Positions 35,001-50,000 of a stretch of DNA of 64,000 bases are shown here, piece after piece (within the stretch, counting starts at the first letter, position 1; every line of letters starts with the position of its first letter). Source of the DNA: Eledone cirrhosa. Taxonomy: Eukaryota. Location of the stretch: positions 56,606,001 through 56,670,000 of the forward strand of contig OZ024743.1 of NCBI GenBank assembly GCA_964016885.1, read 5' to 3'. The notes beneath the pieces were generated by a model. That model was not told the origin of the DNA. It searched no databases and saw only the letters and a list, made by a program, of their open reading frames with translations. The translations under genes and the position numbers were made by a program.

Positions 35001-38000
35001 CAGTGTTGTGTCATTGAGCAAGTCACTTTATTCCATATTGCTCCAGTGTTGTGTCATTGAGCAAGTCACTTTATTCCATATTGCCCCAGTGTTGTGTCAT
35101 TGAGCAAGTCACTTTATTCCATATTGCCCCAGTGTTGTGTCATTGAGCAAGTCACTTTATTCCATGTTGCCCCTGTGTTGTGTCATTGAGCAAGTCACTT
35201 TATTCCATGTTGCCCCTGTGTTGTGTCATTGAGCAAGTCACTTTATTCCATATTGCTCCAGTGTTGTGTCATTGAGCAAGTCACTTTATTCCATGTTGCC
35301 CCTGTGTTGTGTCATTGAGCAAGTCACTTTATTCCATATTGCTCCTGTGTTGTGTCACTGAGCAAGTCACTTTATTCCATATTGCTCCTGTGTTGTGTCA
35401 TTGAGCAAGTCACTTTATTCCATATTGCCCCAGTGTTGTGTCATTGAGCAAGTCACTTTATTCCATGTTGCCCCAGTGTTGTGTCATTGAGCAAGTCACT
35501 TTATTCCATGTTGCCCCAGTGTTGTGTCATTGAGCAAGTCACTTTATTCCATGTTGCCCCTGTGTTGTGTCATTGAGCAAGTCACTTTATTCCATATTGC
35601 CCCAGTGTTGTGTCATTGAGCAAGTCACTTTATTCCATATTGCCCCAGTGTTGTGTCATTGAGCAAGTCACTTTATTCCATGTTGCCCCAGTGTTGTGTC
35701 ATTGAGCAAGTCACTTTATTCCATGTTGCCCCTGTGTTGTGTCATTGAGCAAGTCACTTTATTCCATGTTGCCCCAGTGTTGTGTCATTGAGCAAGTCAC
35801 TTTATTCCATGTTGCCCCTGTGTTGTGTCATTGAGCAAGTCACTTTATTCCATGTTGCCCCTGTGTTGTGTCATTGAGCAAGTCACTTTATTCCATGTTG
35901 CCCCAGTGTTGTGTCATTGAGCAAGTCACTTTATTCCATATTGCCCCAGTGTTGTGTCATTGAGCAAGTCACTTTATTCCATGTTGCCCCAGTGTTGTGT
36001 CATTGAGCAAGTCACTTTATTCCATGTTGCCCCTGTGTTGTGTCATTGAGCAAGTCACTTTATTCCATGTTGCCCCTGTGTTGTGTCATTGAGCAAGTCA
36101 CTTTATTCCATGTTGCCCCAGTGTTGTGTCATTGAGCAAGTCACTTTATTCCATGTTGCCCCAGTGTTGTGTCATTGAGCAAGTCACTTTATTCCATGTT
36201 GCCCCTGTGTTGTGTCATTGAGCAAGTCACTTTATTCCATGTTGCCCCTGTGTTGTGTCATTGAGCAAGTCACTTTATTCCATGTTGCCCCAGTGTTGTG
36301 TCATTGAGCAAGTCACTTTATTCCATATTGCCCCAGTGTTGTGTCATTGAGCAAGTCACTTTATTCCATGTTGCTCCTGTGTTGTGTCATTGAGCAAGTC
36401 ACTTTATTCCATGTTGCCCCAGTATTGTGTCATTGAGCAAGTCACTTTATTCCATGTTGCCCCAGTGTTGTGTCATTGAGCAAGTCACTTTATTCCATAT
36501 TGCTCCTGTGTTGTGTCATTGAGCAAGTCACTTTATTCCATGTTGCTCCAGTGTTGTGTCATTGAGCAAGTCACTTTATTCCATATTGCTCCTGTGTTGT
36601 GTCATTGAGCAAGTCACTTTATTCCATATTGCTCCTGTGTTGTGTCATTGAGCAAGTCACTTTATTCCATATTGCTCCAGTGTTGTGTCATTGAGCAAGT
36701 CACTTTATTCCATATTGCCCCTGTGTTGTGTCATTGAGCAAGTCACTTTATTCCATGTTGCCCCTGTGTTGTGTCATTGAGCAAGTCACTTTATTCCATA
36801 TTGCCCCTGTGTTGTGTCATTGAGCAAGTCACTTTATTCCATATTGCCCCTGTGTTGTGTCATTGAGCAAGTCACTTTATTCCATGTTGGCCCTGTGTTG
36901 TGTCATTGAGCAAGTCACTTTATTCCATATTGCCCCAGTGTTGTGTCATTGAGCAAGTCACTTTATTCAATATTGCCCCAGTGTTGTGTCATTGAGCAAG
37001 TCACTTTATTCCATGTTGCTCCAGTGTTGTGTCATTGAGCAGGTCACTTTATTCCATGTTGCCCCAGTGTTGTGTCATTGAGCAAGTCACTTTATTCCAT
37101 GTTGCCCCAGTGTTGTGTCATTGAGCAAGTCACTTTATTCCATGTTGCCCCAGTGTTGTGTCATTGAGCAAGTCACTTTATTCCATATTGCTCCAGTGTT
37201 GTGTCATTGAGCAAGTCACTTTATTCCATATTGCTCCAGTTTTGTGTCATTGAGCAAGTCACTTTATTCCATATTGCCCCAGTGTTGTGTCATTGAGCAA
37301 GTCACTTTATTCCATATTGCTCCAGTGTTGTGTCATTGAGCAAGTCACTTTATTCCATATTGCCCCAGTGTTGTGTCATTGAGCAAGTCACTTTATTCCA
37401 TATTGCTCCAGTGTTGTGTCATTGAGCAAGTCACTTTATTCCATATTGCTCCAGTGTTGTGTCATTGAGCAAGTCACTTTATTCCATATTGCCCCAGTGT
37501 TGTGTCATTGAGCAAGTCACTTTATTCCATATTGCCCCAGTGTTGTGTCATTGAGCAAGTCACTTTATTCCATGTTGCCCCTGTGTTGTGTCATTGAGCA
37601 AGTCACTTTATTCCATGTTGCCCCTGTGTTGTGTCATTGAGCAAGTCACTTTATTCCATATTGCTCCAGTGTTGTGTCATTGAGCAAGTCACTTTATTCC
37701 ATGTTGCCCCTGTGTTGTGTCATTGAGCAAGTCACTTTATTCCATATTGCTCCTGTGTTGTGTCACTGAGCAAGTCACTTTATTCCATATTGCTCCTGTG
37801 TTGTGTCATTGAGCAAGTCACTTTATTCCATATTGCCCCAGTGTTGTGTCATTGAGCAAGTCACTTTATTCCATATTGCCCCAGTGTTGTGTCATTGAGC
37901 AAGTCACTTTATTCCATGTTGCCCCTGTGTTGTGTCATTGAGCAAGTCACTTTATTCCATATTGCTCCTGTGTTGTGTCATTGAGCAAGTCACTTTATTC

Positions 38001-41000
38001 CATGTTGCCCCAGTGTTGTGTCATTGAGCAAGTCACTTTATTCCATGTTGCCCCAGTGTTGTGTCATTGAGCAAGTCACTTTATTCCATGTTGCCCCTGT
38101 GTTGTGTCATTGAGCAAGTCACTTTATTCCATATTGCCCCAGTGTTGTGTCATTGAGCAAGTCACTTTATTCCATGTTGCCCCAGTGTTGTGTCATTGAG
38201 CAAGTCACTTTATTCCATGTTGCCCCTGTGTTGTGTCATTGAGCAAGTCACTTTATTCCATGTTGCCCCTGTGTTGTGTCATTGAGCAAGTCACTTTATT
38301 CCATGTTGCCCCAGTGTTGTGTCATTGAGCAAGTCACTTTATTCCATGTTGCCCCAGTGTTGTGTCATTGAGCAAGTCACTTTATTCCATGTTGCCCCTG
38401 TGTTGTGTCATTGAGCAAGTCACTTTATTCCATGTTGCCCCTGTGTTGTGTCATTGAGCAAGTCACTTTATTCCATGTTGCCTCAGTGTTGTGTCATTGA
38501 GCAAGTCACTTTATTCCATATTGCCCCAGTGTTGTGTCATTGAGCAAGTCACTTTATTCCATGTTGCTCCTGTGTTGTGTCATTGAGCAAGTCACTTTAT
38601 TCCATGTTGCCCCAGTATTGTGTCATTGAGCAAGTCACTTTATTCCATGTTGCCCCAGTGTTGTGTCATTGAGCAAGTCACTTTATTCCATGTTGCTCCA
38701 GTGTTGTGTCATTGAGCAAGTCACTTTATTCCATGTTGCCCCTGTGTTGTGTCATTGAGCAAGTCACTTTATTCCATGTTGCCCCTGTGTTGTGTCATTG
38801 AGCAAGTCACTTTATTCCATGTTGCCCCAGTGTTGTGTCATTGAGCAAGTCACTTTATTCCATGTTGCCCCTGTGTTGTGTCATTGAGCAAGTCACTTTA
38901 TTCCATGTTGCCCCAGTGTTGTGTCATTGAGCAAGTCACTTTCTTCCATGTTGCCCCTGTGTTGTGTCATTGAGCAAGTCATTTTATTCCATATTTCCCC
39001 AGTGTTGTGTCATTGAGCAAGTCACTTTATTCCATATTGCCCCAGTGTTGTGTCATTGAGCAAGTCATTTTATTCCATATTGCCCCTGTGTTGTGTCATT
39101 GAGCAAGTCATTTTATTCCATATTTCCCCAGTGTTGTGTCATTGAGCAAGTCATTTTATTCCATATTTCCCCAGTGTTGTGTCATTGAGTAAGTCACTTT
39201 ATTCCATATTGCCCCTGTGTTGTGTCATTGAGCAAGTCACTTTATTCCATATTTCCCCAGTGTTGTGTCATTGAGCAAGTCACTTTATTCCATATTGCTC
39301 CAGTGTTGTGTCATTGAGCAAGTCATTTTATTCCATATTGCCCCAGTGTTGTGTCATTGAGCAAGTCACTTTATTCTATGTTGCCCCTGTGTTGTGTCAT
39401 TGAGCAAGTCACTTTATTCCATATTGCCCCTGTGTTGTGTCATTGAGCAAGTCACTTTATTCCATATTGCCCCAGTGTTGTGTCATTGAGCAAGTCACTT
39501 TATTCCATATTGCTCCTGTGTTGTGTCATTGAGCAAGTCACTTTATTCCAGATTGCCCCAGTGTTGTGTCATTGAGCAAGTCACTTTATTCCATGTTGCC
39601 CCTGTGTTGTGTCATTGAGCAAGTCACTTTATTCCATGTTGCCCCAGTGTTGTGTCATTGAGCAAGTCACTTTATTCCATATTGCCCTGTGTTGTGTCAT
39701 TGAGCAAGTCACTTTATTCCATATTGCCCCTGTGTTGTGTCATTGAGCAAGTCACTTTATTCCATATTGCCCCAGTGTTGTGTCATTGAGCAAGTCACTT
39801 TATTCCATATTGCTCCTGTGTTGTGTCATTGAGCAAGTCACTTTATTCCATATTGCCCCAGTGTTGTGTCATTGAGCAAGTCACTTTATTCCATGTTGCC
39901 CCTGTGTTGTGTCATTGAGCAAGTCACTTTATTCCATGTTGCCCCAGTGTTGTGTCATTGAGCAAGTCACTTTATTCCATATTGCCCTGTGTTGTGTCAT
40001 TGAGCAAGTCACTTTATTCCATATAGCCCCTGTGTTGTGTCATTGAGCAAGTCACTTTATTCCATGTTGCCCCTGTGTTGTGTCATTGAGCAAGTCACTT
40101 TATTCCATGTTGCCCCTGTGTTGTGTCATTGAGCAAGTCACTTTATTCCATATTGCTCCAGTGTTGTGTCATTGAGCAAGTCACTTTATTCCATGTTGCC
40201 CCTGTGTTGTGTCATTGAGCAAGTCACTTTATTCCATATTGCTCCTGTGTTGTGTCATTGAGCAATCACTTTATTCCATATTGCTCCTGTGTTGTGTCAT
40301 TGAGCAAGTCACTTTATTCCATATTGCCCCAGTGTTGTGTCATTGAGCAAGTCACTTTATTCCATGTTGCCCCTGTGTTGTGTCATTGAGCAAGTCACTT
40401 TATTCCATATTGCCCCAGTGTTGTGTCATTGAGCAAGTCACTTTATTCCATGTTGCCCCTGTGTTGTGTCATTGAGCAAGTCACTTTATTCCATATTGCC
40501 CCAGTGTTGTGTCATTGAGGAAGTCACTTTATTCCATATTGCCCCAGTGTTGTGTCATTGAGCAAGTCACTTTATTCCATATTGCTCCAGTGTTGTGTCA
40601 TTGAGCAAGTCACTTTATTCCATATTGCTCCAGTGTTTGGTCATTGAGCAAGTCACTTTATTCCATATTGCTCCTGTGTTGTGTCATTGAGCAAGTCACT
40701 TTATTCCATATTGCTCCTGTGTTGTGTCATTGAGCAAGTCACTTTATTCCATGTTGCTCCAGTGTTGTGTCATTGAGCAAGTCACTTTATTCCATATTGC
40801 TCCTGTGTTGTGTCATTGAGCAAGTCACTTTATTCCATATTGCTCCTGTGTTGTGTCATTGAGCAAGTCACTTTATTCCATATTGCTCCAGTGTTGTGTC
40901 ATTGAGCAAGTCACTTTATTCCATATTGCCCCTGTGTTGTGTCATTGAGCAAGTCACTTTATTCCATGTTGCCCCTGTGTTGTGTCATTGAGCAAGTCAC

Positions 41001-44000
41001 TTTATTCCATATTGCTCCTGTGTTGTGTCATTGAGCAAGTCACTTTATTACATGTTGCACCAGTGTTGTGTCATTGAGCAAGTCACTTTATTCCATATTG
41101 CCCCTGTGTTGTGTCATTGAGCAAGTCACTTTATTCCATATAGCCCCTGTGTTGTGTCATTGAGCAAGTCACTTTATTCCATGTTGGCCCTGTGTTGTGT
41201 CATTGAGCAAGTCACTTTATTCCATATTGCCCCAGTGTTGTGTCATTGAGCAAGTCACTTTATTCCATATTGCCCCAGTGTTGTGTCATTGAGCAAGTCA
41301 CTTTATTCCATGTTGCTCCAGTGTTGTGTCATTGAGCAAGTCACTTTATTCCATGTTGCCCCAGTGTTGTGTCATTGAGCAAGTCACTTTATTCCATGTT
41401 GCCCCAGTGTTGTGTCATTGAGCAAGTCACTTTATTCCATGTTGCCCCAGTGTTGTGTCATTGAGCAAGTCACTTTATTCCATATTACTCCAGTGTTGTG
41501 TCATTGAGCAAGTCACTTTATTCCATATTGCTCCAGTGTTGTGTCATTGAGCAAGTCACTTTATTCCATATTGCCCCAGTGTTGTGTCATTGAGCAAGTC
41601 ACTTTATTCCATATTGCTCCAGTGTTGTGTCATTGAGCAAGTCACTTTATTCCATATTGCCCCAGTGTTGTGTCATTGAGCAAGTCACTTTATTCCATAT
41701 TGCTCCAGTGTTGTGTCATTGAGCAAGTCACTTTATTCCATATTGCCCCAGTGTTGTGTCATTGAGCAAGTCACTTTATTCCATATTGCTCCAGTGTTGT
41801 GTCATTGAGCAAGTCACTTTATTCCATATTGCCCCAGTGTTGTGTCATTGAGCAAGTCACTTTATTCCATATTGCTCCAGTGTTGTGTCATTGAGCAAGT
41901 CACTTTATTCCATATTGCTCCAGTGTTGTGTCATTGAGCAAGTCACTTTATTCCATATTGCCCCAGTGTTGTGTCATTGAGCAAGTCACTTTATTCCATA
42001 TTGCCCCAGTGTTGTGTCATTGAGCAAGTCACTTTATTCCATGTTGCTCCAGTGTTGTGTCATTGAGCAAGTCACTTTATTCCATGTTGCCCCAGTGTTG
42101 TGTCATTGAGCAAGTCACTTTATTCCATGTTGCCCCTGTGTTGTGTCATTGAGCAAGTCACTTTATTCCATATTGCCCCAGTGTTGTGTCATTGAGCAAG
42201 TCACTTTATTCCATATTGCCCCAGTGTTGTGTCATTGAGCAAGTCACTTTATTCCATGTTGCCCCTGTGTTGTGTCATTGAGCAAGTCACTTTATTCCAT
42301 GTTGCCCCAGTGTTGTGTCATTGACCAAGTCACTTTATTCCATGTTGCCCCAGTGTTGTGTCATTGAGCAAGTCACTTTATTCCATGTTGCCCCTGTGTT
42401 GTGTCATTGAGCAAGTCACTTTATTCCATATTGCCCCAGTGTTGTGTCATTGAGCAAGTCACTTTATTCCATATTGCCCCAGTGTTGTGTCATTGAGCAA
42501 GTCACTTTATTCCATATTGCCCCAGTGTTGTGTCATTGAGCAAGTCACTTTATTCCATGTTGCCCCTGTGTTGTGTCATTGAGCAAGTCACTTTATTCCA
42601 TATTGCCCCAGTGTTGTGTCATTGAGCAAGTCACTTTATTCCATATTGCCCCAGTGTTGTGTCATTGAGCAAGTCACTTTATTCCATATTGCTCCAGTGT
42701 TGTGTCATTGAGCAAGTCACTTTATTCCATATTGCCACAGTGTTGTGTCATTGAGCAAGTCACTTTATTCCATATTGCTCCAGTGTTGTGTCATTGAGCA
42801 AGTCACTTTATTCCATATTGCCCCAGTGTTGTGTCATTGAGCAAGTCACTTTATTCCATATTGCTCCAGTGTTGTGTCATTGAGCAAGTCACTTTATTCC
42901 ATATTGCCCCAGTGTTGTGTCATTGAGCAAGTCACTTTATTCCATATTGCTCCAGTGTTGTGTCATTGAGCAAGTCACTTTATTCCATATTGCTCCAGTG
43001 TTGTGTCATTGAGCAAGTCACTTTATTCCATATTGCCCCAGTGTTGTGTCATTGAGCAAGTCACTTTATTCCATATTGCCCCAGTGTTGTGTCATTGAGC
43101 AAGTCACTTTATTCCATGTTGCCCCTGTGTTGTGTCATTGAGCAAGTCACTTTATTCCATGTTGCCCCTGTGTTGTGTCATTGAGCAAGTCACTTTATTC
43201 CATATTGCTCCAGTGTTGTGTCATTGAGCAAGTCACTTTATTCCATGTTGCCCCTGTGTTGTGTCATTGAGCAAGTCACTTTATTCCATATTGCTCCTGT
43301 GTTGTGTCACTGAGCAAGTCACTTTATTCCATATTGCTCCTGTGTTGTGTCATTGAGCAAGTCACTTTATTCCATATTGCCCCAGTGTTGTGTCATTGAG
43401 CAAGTCACTTTATTCCATGTTGCCCCAGTGTTGTGTCATTGAGCAAGTCACTTTATTCCATGTTGCCCCAGTGTTGTGTCATTGAGCAAGTCACTTTATT
43501 CCATGTTGCCCCTGTGTTGTGTCATTGAGCAAGTCACTTTATTCCATATTGCCCCAGTGTTGTGTCATTGAGCAAGTCACTTTATTCCATATTGCCCCAG
43601 TGTTGTGTCATTGAGCAAGTCACTTTATTCCATGTTGCCCCAGTGTTGTGTCATTGAGCAAGTCACTTTATTCCATGTTGCCCCTGTGTTGTGTCATTGA
43701 GCAAGTCACTTTATTCCATGTTGCCCCAGTGTTGTGTCATTGAGCAAGTCACTTTATTCCATGTTGCCCCTGTGTTGTGTCATTGAGCAAGTCACTTTAT
43801 TCCATGTTGCCCCTGTGTTGTGTCATTGAGCAAGTCACTTTATTCCATGTTGCCCCAGTGTTGTGTCATTGAGCAAGTCACTTTATTCCATATTGCCCCA
43901 GTGTTGTGTCATTGAGCAAGTCACTTTATTCCATGTTGCCCCAGTGTTGTGTCATTGAGCAAGTCACTTTATTCCATGTTGCCCCTGTGTTGTGTCATTG

Positions 44001-47000
44001 AGCAAGTCACTTTATTCCATGTTGCCCCTGTGTTGTGTCATTGAGCAAGTCACTTTATTCCATGTTGCCCCAGTGTTGTGTCATTGAGCAAGTCACTTTA
44101 TTCCATGTTGCCCCAGTGTTGTGTCATTGAGCAAGTCACTTTATTCCATGTTGCCCCTGTGTTGTGTCATTGAGCAAGTCACTTTATTCCATGTTGCCCC
44201 TGTGTTGTGTCATTGAGCAAGTCACTTTATTCCATGTTGCCCCAGTGTTGTGTCATTGAGCAAGTCACTTTATTCCATATTGCCCCAGTGTTGTGTCATT
44301 GAGCAAGTCACTTTATTCCATGTTGCTCCTGTGTTGTGTCATTGAGCAAGTCACTTTATTCCATGTTGCCCCAGTATTGTGTCATTGAGCAAGTCACTTT
44401 ATTCCATGTTGCCCCAGTGTTGTGTCATTGAGCAAGTCACTTTATTCCATATTGCTCCTGTGTTGTGTCATTGAGCAAGTCACTTTATTCCATGTTGCTC
44501 CAGTGTTGTGTCATTGAGCAAGTCACTTTATTCCATATTGCTCCTGTGTTGTGTCATTGAGCAAGTCACTTTATTCCATATTGCTCCTGTGTTGTGTCAT
44601 TGAGCAAGTCACTTTATTCCATATTGCTCCAGTGTTGTGTCATTGAGCAAGTCACTTTATTCCATATTGCCCCTGTGTTGTGTCATTGAGCAAGTCACTT
44701 TATTCCATGTTGCCCCTGTGTTGTGTCATTGAGCAAGTCACTTTATTCCATATTGCCCCTGTGTTGTGTCATTGAGCAAGTCACTTTATTCCATATTGCC
44801 CCTGTGTTGTGTCATTGAGCAAGTCACTTTATTCCATGTTGGCCCTGTGTTGTGTCATTGAGCAAGTCACTTTATTCCATATTGCCCCAGTGTTGTGTCA
44901 TTGAGCAAGTCACTTTATTCAATATTGCCCCAGTGTTGTGTCATTGAGCAAGTCACTTTATTCCATGTTGCTCCAGTGTTGTGTCATTGAGCAGGTCACT
45001 TTATTCCATGTTGCCCCAGTGTTGTGTCATTGAGCAAGTCACTTTATTCCATGTTGCCCCAGTGTTGTGTCATTGAGCAAGTCACTTTATTCCATGTTGC
45101 CCCAGTGTTGTGTCATTGAGCAAGTCACTTTATTCCATATTGCTCCAGTGTTGTGTCATTGAGCAAGTCACTTTATTCCATATTGCTCCAGTTTTGTGTC
45201 ATTGAGCAAGTCACTTTATTCCATATTGCCCCAGTGTTGTGTCATTGAGCAAGTCACTTTATTCCATATTGCTCCAGTGTTGTGTCATTGAGCAAGTCAC
45301 TTTATTCCATATTGCCCCAGTGTTGTGTCATTGAGCAAGTCACTTTATTCCATATTGCTCCAGTGTTGTGTCATTGAGCAAGTCACTTTATTCCATATTG
45401 CTCCAGTGTTGTGTCATTGAGCAAGTCACTTTATTCCATATTGCCCCAGTGTTGTGTCATTGAGCAAGTCACTTTATTCCATATTGCCCCAGTGTTGTGT
45501 CATTGAGCAAGTCACTTTATTCCATGTTGCCCCTGTGTTGTGTCATTGAGCAAGTCACTTTATTCCATGTTGCCCCTGTGTTGTGTCATTGAGCAAGTCA
45601 CTTTATTCCATATTGCTCCAGTGTTGTGTCATTGAGCAAGTCACTTTATTCCATGTTGCCCCTGTGTTGTGTCATTGAGCAAGTCACTTTATTCCATATT
45701 GCTCCTGTGTTGTGTCACTGAGCAAGTCACTTTATTCCATATTGCTCCTGTGTTGTGTCATTGAGCAAGTCACTTTATTCCATATTGCCCCAGTGTTGTG
45801 TCATTGAGCAAGTCACTTTATTCCATATTGCCCCAGTGTTGTGTCATTGAGCAAGTCACTTTATTCCATGTTGCCCCTGTGTTGTGTCATTGAGCAAGTC
45901 ACTTTATTCCATATTGCTCCTGTGTTGTGTCATTGAGCAAGTCACTTTATTCCATGTTGCCCCAGTGTTGTGTCATTGAGCAAGTCACTTTATTCCATGT
46001 TGCCCCAGTGTTGTGTCATTGAGCAAGTCACTTTATTCCATGTTGCCCCTGTGTTGTGTCATTGAGCAAGTCACTTTATTCCATATTGCCCCAGTGTTGT
46101 GTCATTGAGCAAGTCACTTTATTCCATGTTGCCCCAGTGTTGTGTCATTGAGCAAGTCACTTTATTCCATGTTGCCCCTGTGTTGTGTCATTGAGCAAGT
46201 CACTTTATTCCATGTTGCCCCTGTGTTGTGTCATTGAGCAAGTCACTTTATTCCATGTTGCCCCAGTGTTGTGTCATTGAGCAAGTCACTTTATTCCATG
46301 TTGCCCCAGTGTTGTGTCATTGAGCAAGTCACTTTATTCCATGTTGCCCCTGTGTTGTGTCATTGAGCAAGTCACTTTATTCCATGTTGCCCCTGTGTTG
46401 TGTCATTGAGCAAGTCACTTTATTCCATGTTGCCTCAGTGTTGTGTCATTGAGCAAGTCACTTTATTCCATATTGCCCCAGTGTTGTGTCATTGAGCAAG
46501 TCACTTTATTCCATGTTGCTCCTGTGTTGTGTCATTGAGCAAGTCACTTTATTCCATGTTGCCCCAGTATTGTGTCATTGAGCAAGTCACTTTATTCCAT
46601 GTTGCCCCAGTGTTGTGTCATTGAGCAAGTCACTTTATTCCATGTTGCTCCAGTGTTGTGTCATTGAGCAAGTCACTTTATTCCATGTTGCCCCTGTGTT
46701 GTGTCATTGAGCAAGTCACTTTATTCCATGTTGCCCCTGTGTTGTGTCATTGAGCAAGTCACTTTATTCCATGTTGCCCCAGTGTTGTGTCATTGAGCAA
46801 GTCACTTTATTCCATGTTGCCCCTGTGTTGTGTCATTGAGCAAGTCACTTTATTCCATGTTGCCCCAGTGTTGTGTCATTGAGCAAGTCACTTTCTTCCA
46901 TGTTGCCCCTGTGTTGTGTCATTGAGCAAGTCATTTTATTCCATATTTCCCCAGTGTTGTGTCATTGAGCAAGTCACTTTATTCCATATTGCCCCAGTGT

Positions 47001-50000
47001 TGTGTCATTGAGCAAGTCATTTTATTCCATATTGCCCCTGTGTTGTGTCATTGAGCAAGTCATTTTATTCCATATTTCCCCAGTGTTGTGTCATTGAGCA
47101 AGTCATTTTATTCCATATTTCCCCAGTGTTGTGTCATTGAGTAAGTCACTTTATTCCATATTGCCCCTGTGTTGTGTCATTGAGCAAGTCACTTTATTCC
47201 ATATTTCCCCAGTGTTGTGTCATTGAGCAAGTCACTTTATTCCATATTGCTCCAGTGTTGTGTCATTGAGCAAGTCATTTTATTCCATATTGCCCCAGTG
47301 TTGTGTCATTGAGCAAGTCACTTTATTCTATGTTGCCCCTGTGTTGTGTCATTGAGCAAGTCACTTTATTCCATATTGCCCCTGTGTTGTGTCATTGAGC
47401 AAGTCACTTTATTCCATATTGCCCCAGTGTTGTGTCATTGAGCAAGTCACTTTATTCCATATTGCTCCTGTGTTGTGTCATTGAGCAAGTCACTTTATTC
47501 CAGATTGCCCCAGTGTTGTGTCATTGAGCAAGTCACTTTATTCCATGTTGCCCCTGTGTTGTGTCATTGAGCAAGTCACTTTATTCCATGTTGCCCCAGT
47601 GTTGTGTCATTGAGCAAGTCACTTTATTCCATATTGCCCTGTGTTGTGTCATTGAGCAAGTCACTTTATTCCATATTGCCCCTGTGTTGTGTCATTGAGC
47701 AAGTCACTTTATTCCATATTGCCCCAGTGTTGTGTCATTGAGCAAGTCACTTTATTCCATATTGCTCCTGTGTTGTGTCATTGAGCAAGTCACTTTATTC
47801 CATATTGCCCCAGTGTTGTGTCATTGAGCAAGTCACTTTATTCCATGTTGCCCCTGTGTTGTGTCATTGAGCAAGTCACTTTATTCCATGTTGCCCCAGT
47901 GTTGTGTCATTGAGCAAGTCACTTTATTCCATATTGCCCTGTGTTGTGTCATTGAGCAAGTCACTTTATTCCATATAGCCCCTGTGTTGTGTCATTGAGC
48001 AAGTCACTTTATTCCATGTTGCCCCTGTGTTGTGTCATTGAGCAAGTCACTTTATTCCATGTTGCCCCTGTGTTGTGTCATTGAGCAAGTCACTTTATTC
48101 CATATTGCTCCAGTGTTGTGTCATTGAGCAAGTCACTTTATTCCATGTTGCCCCTGTGTTGTGTCATTGAGCAAGTCACTTTATTCCATATTGCTCCTGT
48201 GTTGTGTCATTGAGCAATCACTTTATTCCATATTGCTCCTGTGTTGTGTCATTGAGCAAGTCACTTTATTCCATATTGCCCCAGTGTTGTGTCATTGAGC
48301 AAGTCACTTTATTCCATGTTGCCCCTGTGTTGTGTCATTGAGCAAGTCACTTTATTCCATATTGCCCCAGTGTTGTGTCATTGAGCAAGTCACTTTATTC
48401 CATGTTGCCCCTGTGTTGTGTCATTGAGCAAGTCACTTTATTCCATATTGCCCCAGTGTTGTGTCATTGAGGAAGTCACTTTATTCCATATTGCCCCAGT
48501 GTTGTGTCATTGAGCAAGTCACTTTATTCCATATTGCTCCAGTGTTGTGTCATTGAGCAAGTCACTTTATTCCATATTGCTCCAGTGTTTGGTCATTGAG
48601 CAAGTCACTTTATTCCATATTGCTCCTGTGTTGTGTCATTGAGCAAGTCACTTTATTCCATATTGCTCCTGTGTTGTGTCATTGAGCAAGTCACTTTATT
48701 CCATGTTGCTCCAGTGTTGTGTCATTGAGCAAGTCACTTTATTCCATATTGCTCCTGTGTTGTGTCATTGAGCAAGTCACTTTATTCCATATTGCTCCTG
48801 TGTTGTGTCATTGAGCAAGTCACTTTATTCCATATTGCTCCAGTGTTGTGTCATTGAGCAAGTCACTTTATTCCATATTGCCCCTGTGTTGTGTCATTGA
48901 GCAAGTCACTTTATTCCATGTTGCCCCTGTGTTGTGTCATTGAGCAAGTCACTTTATTCCATATTGCTCCTGTGTTGTGTCATTGAGCAAGTCACTTTAT
49001 TACATGTTGCACCAGTGTTGTGTCATTGAGCAAGTCACTTTATTCCATATTGCCCCTGTGTTGTGTCATTGAGCAAGTCACTTTATTCCATATAGCCCCT
49101 GTGTTGTGTCATTGAGCAAGTCACTTTATTCCATGTTGGCCCTGTGTTGTGTCATTGAGCAAGTCACTTTATTCCATATTGCCCCAGTGTTGTGTCATTG
49201 AGCAAGTCACTTTATTCCATATTGCCCCAGTGTTGTGTCATTGAGCAAGTCACTTTATTCCATGTTGCTCCAGTGTTGTGTCATTGAGCAAGTCACTTTA
49301 TTCCATGTTGCCCCAGTGTTGTGTCATTGAGCAAGTCACTTTATTCCATGTTGCCCCAGTGTTGTGTCATTGAGCAAGTCACTTTATTCCATGTTGCCCC
49401 AGTGTTGTGTCATTGAGCAAGTCACTTTATTCCATATTACTCCAGTGTTGTGTCATTGAGCAAGTCACTTTATTCCATATTGCTCCAGTGTTGTGTCATT
49501 GAGCAAGTCACTTTATTCCATATTGCCCCAGTGTTGTGTCATTGAGCAAGTCACTTTATTCCATATTGCTCCAGTGTTGTGTCATTGAGCAAGTCACTTT
49601 ATTCCATATTGCCCCAGTGTTGTGTCATTGAGCAAGTCACTTTATTCCATATTGCTCCAGTGTTGTGTCATTGAGCAAGTCACTTTATTCCATATTGCCC
49701 CAGTGTTGTGTCATTGAGCAAGTCACTTTATTCCATATTGCTCCAGTGTTGTGTCATTGAGCAAGTCACTTTATTCCATATTGCCCCAGTGTTGTGTCAT
49801 TGAGCAAGTCACTTTATTCCATATTGCTCCAGTGTTGTGTCATTGAGCAAGTCACTTTATTCCATATTGCTCCAGTGTTGTGTCATTGAGCAAGTCACTT
49901 TATTCCATATTGCCCCAGTGTTGTGTCATTGAGCAAGTCACTTTATTCCATATTGCCCCAGTGTTGTGTCATTGAGCAAGTCACTTTATTCCATGTTGCT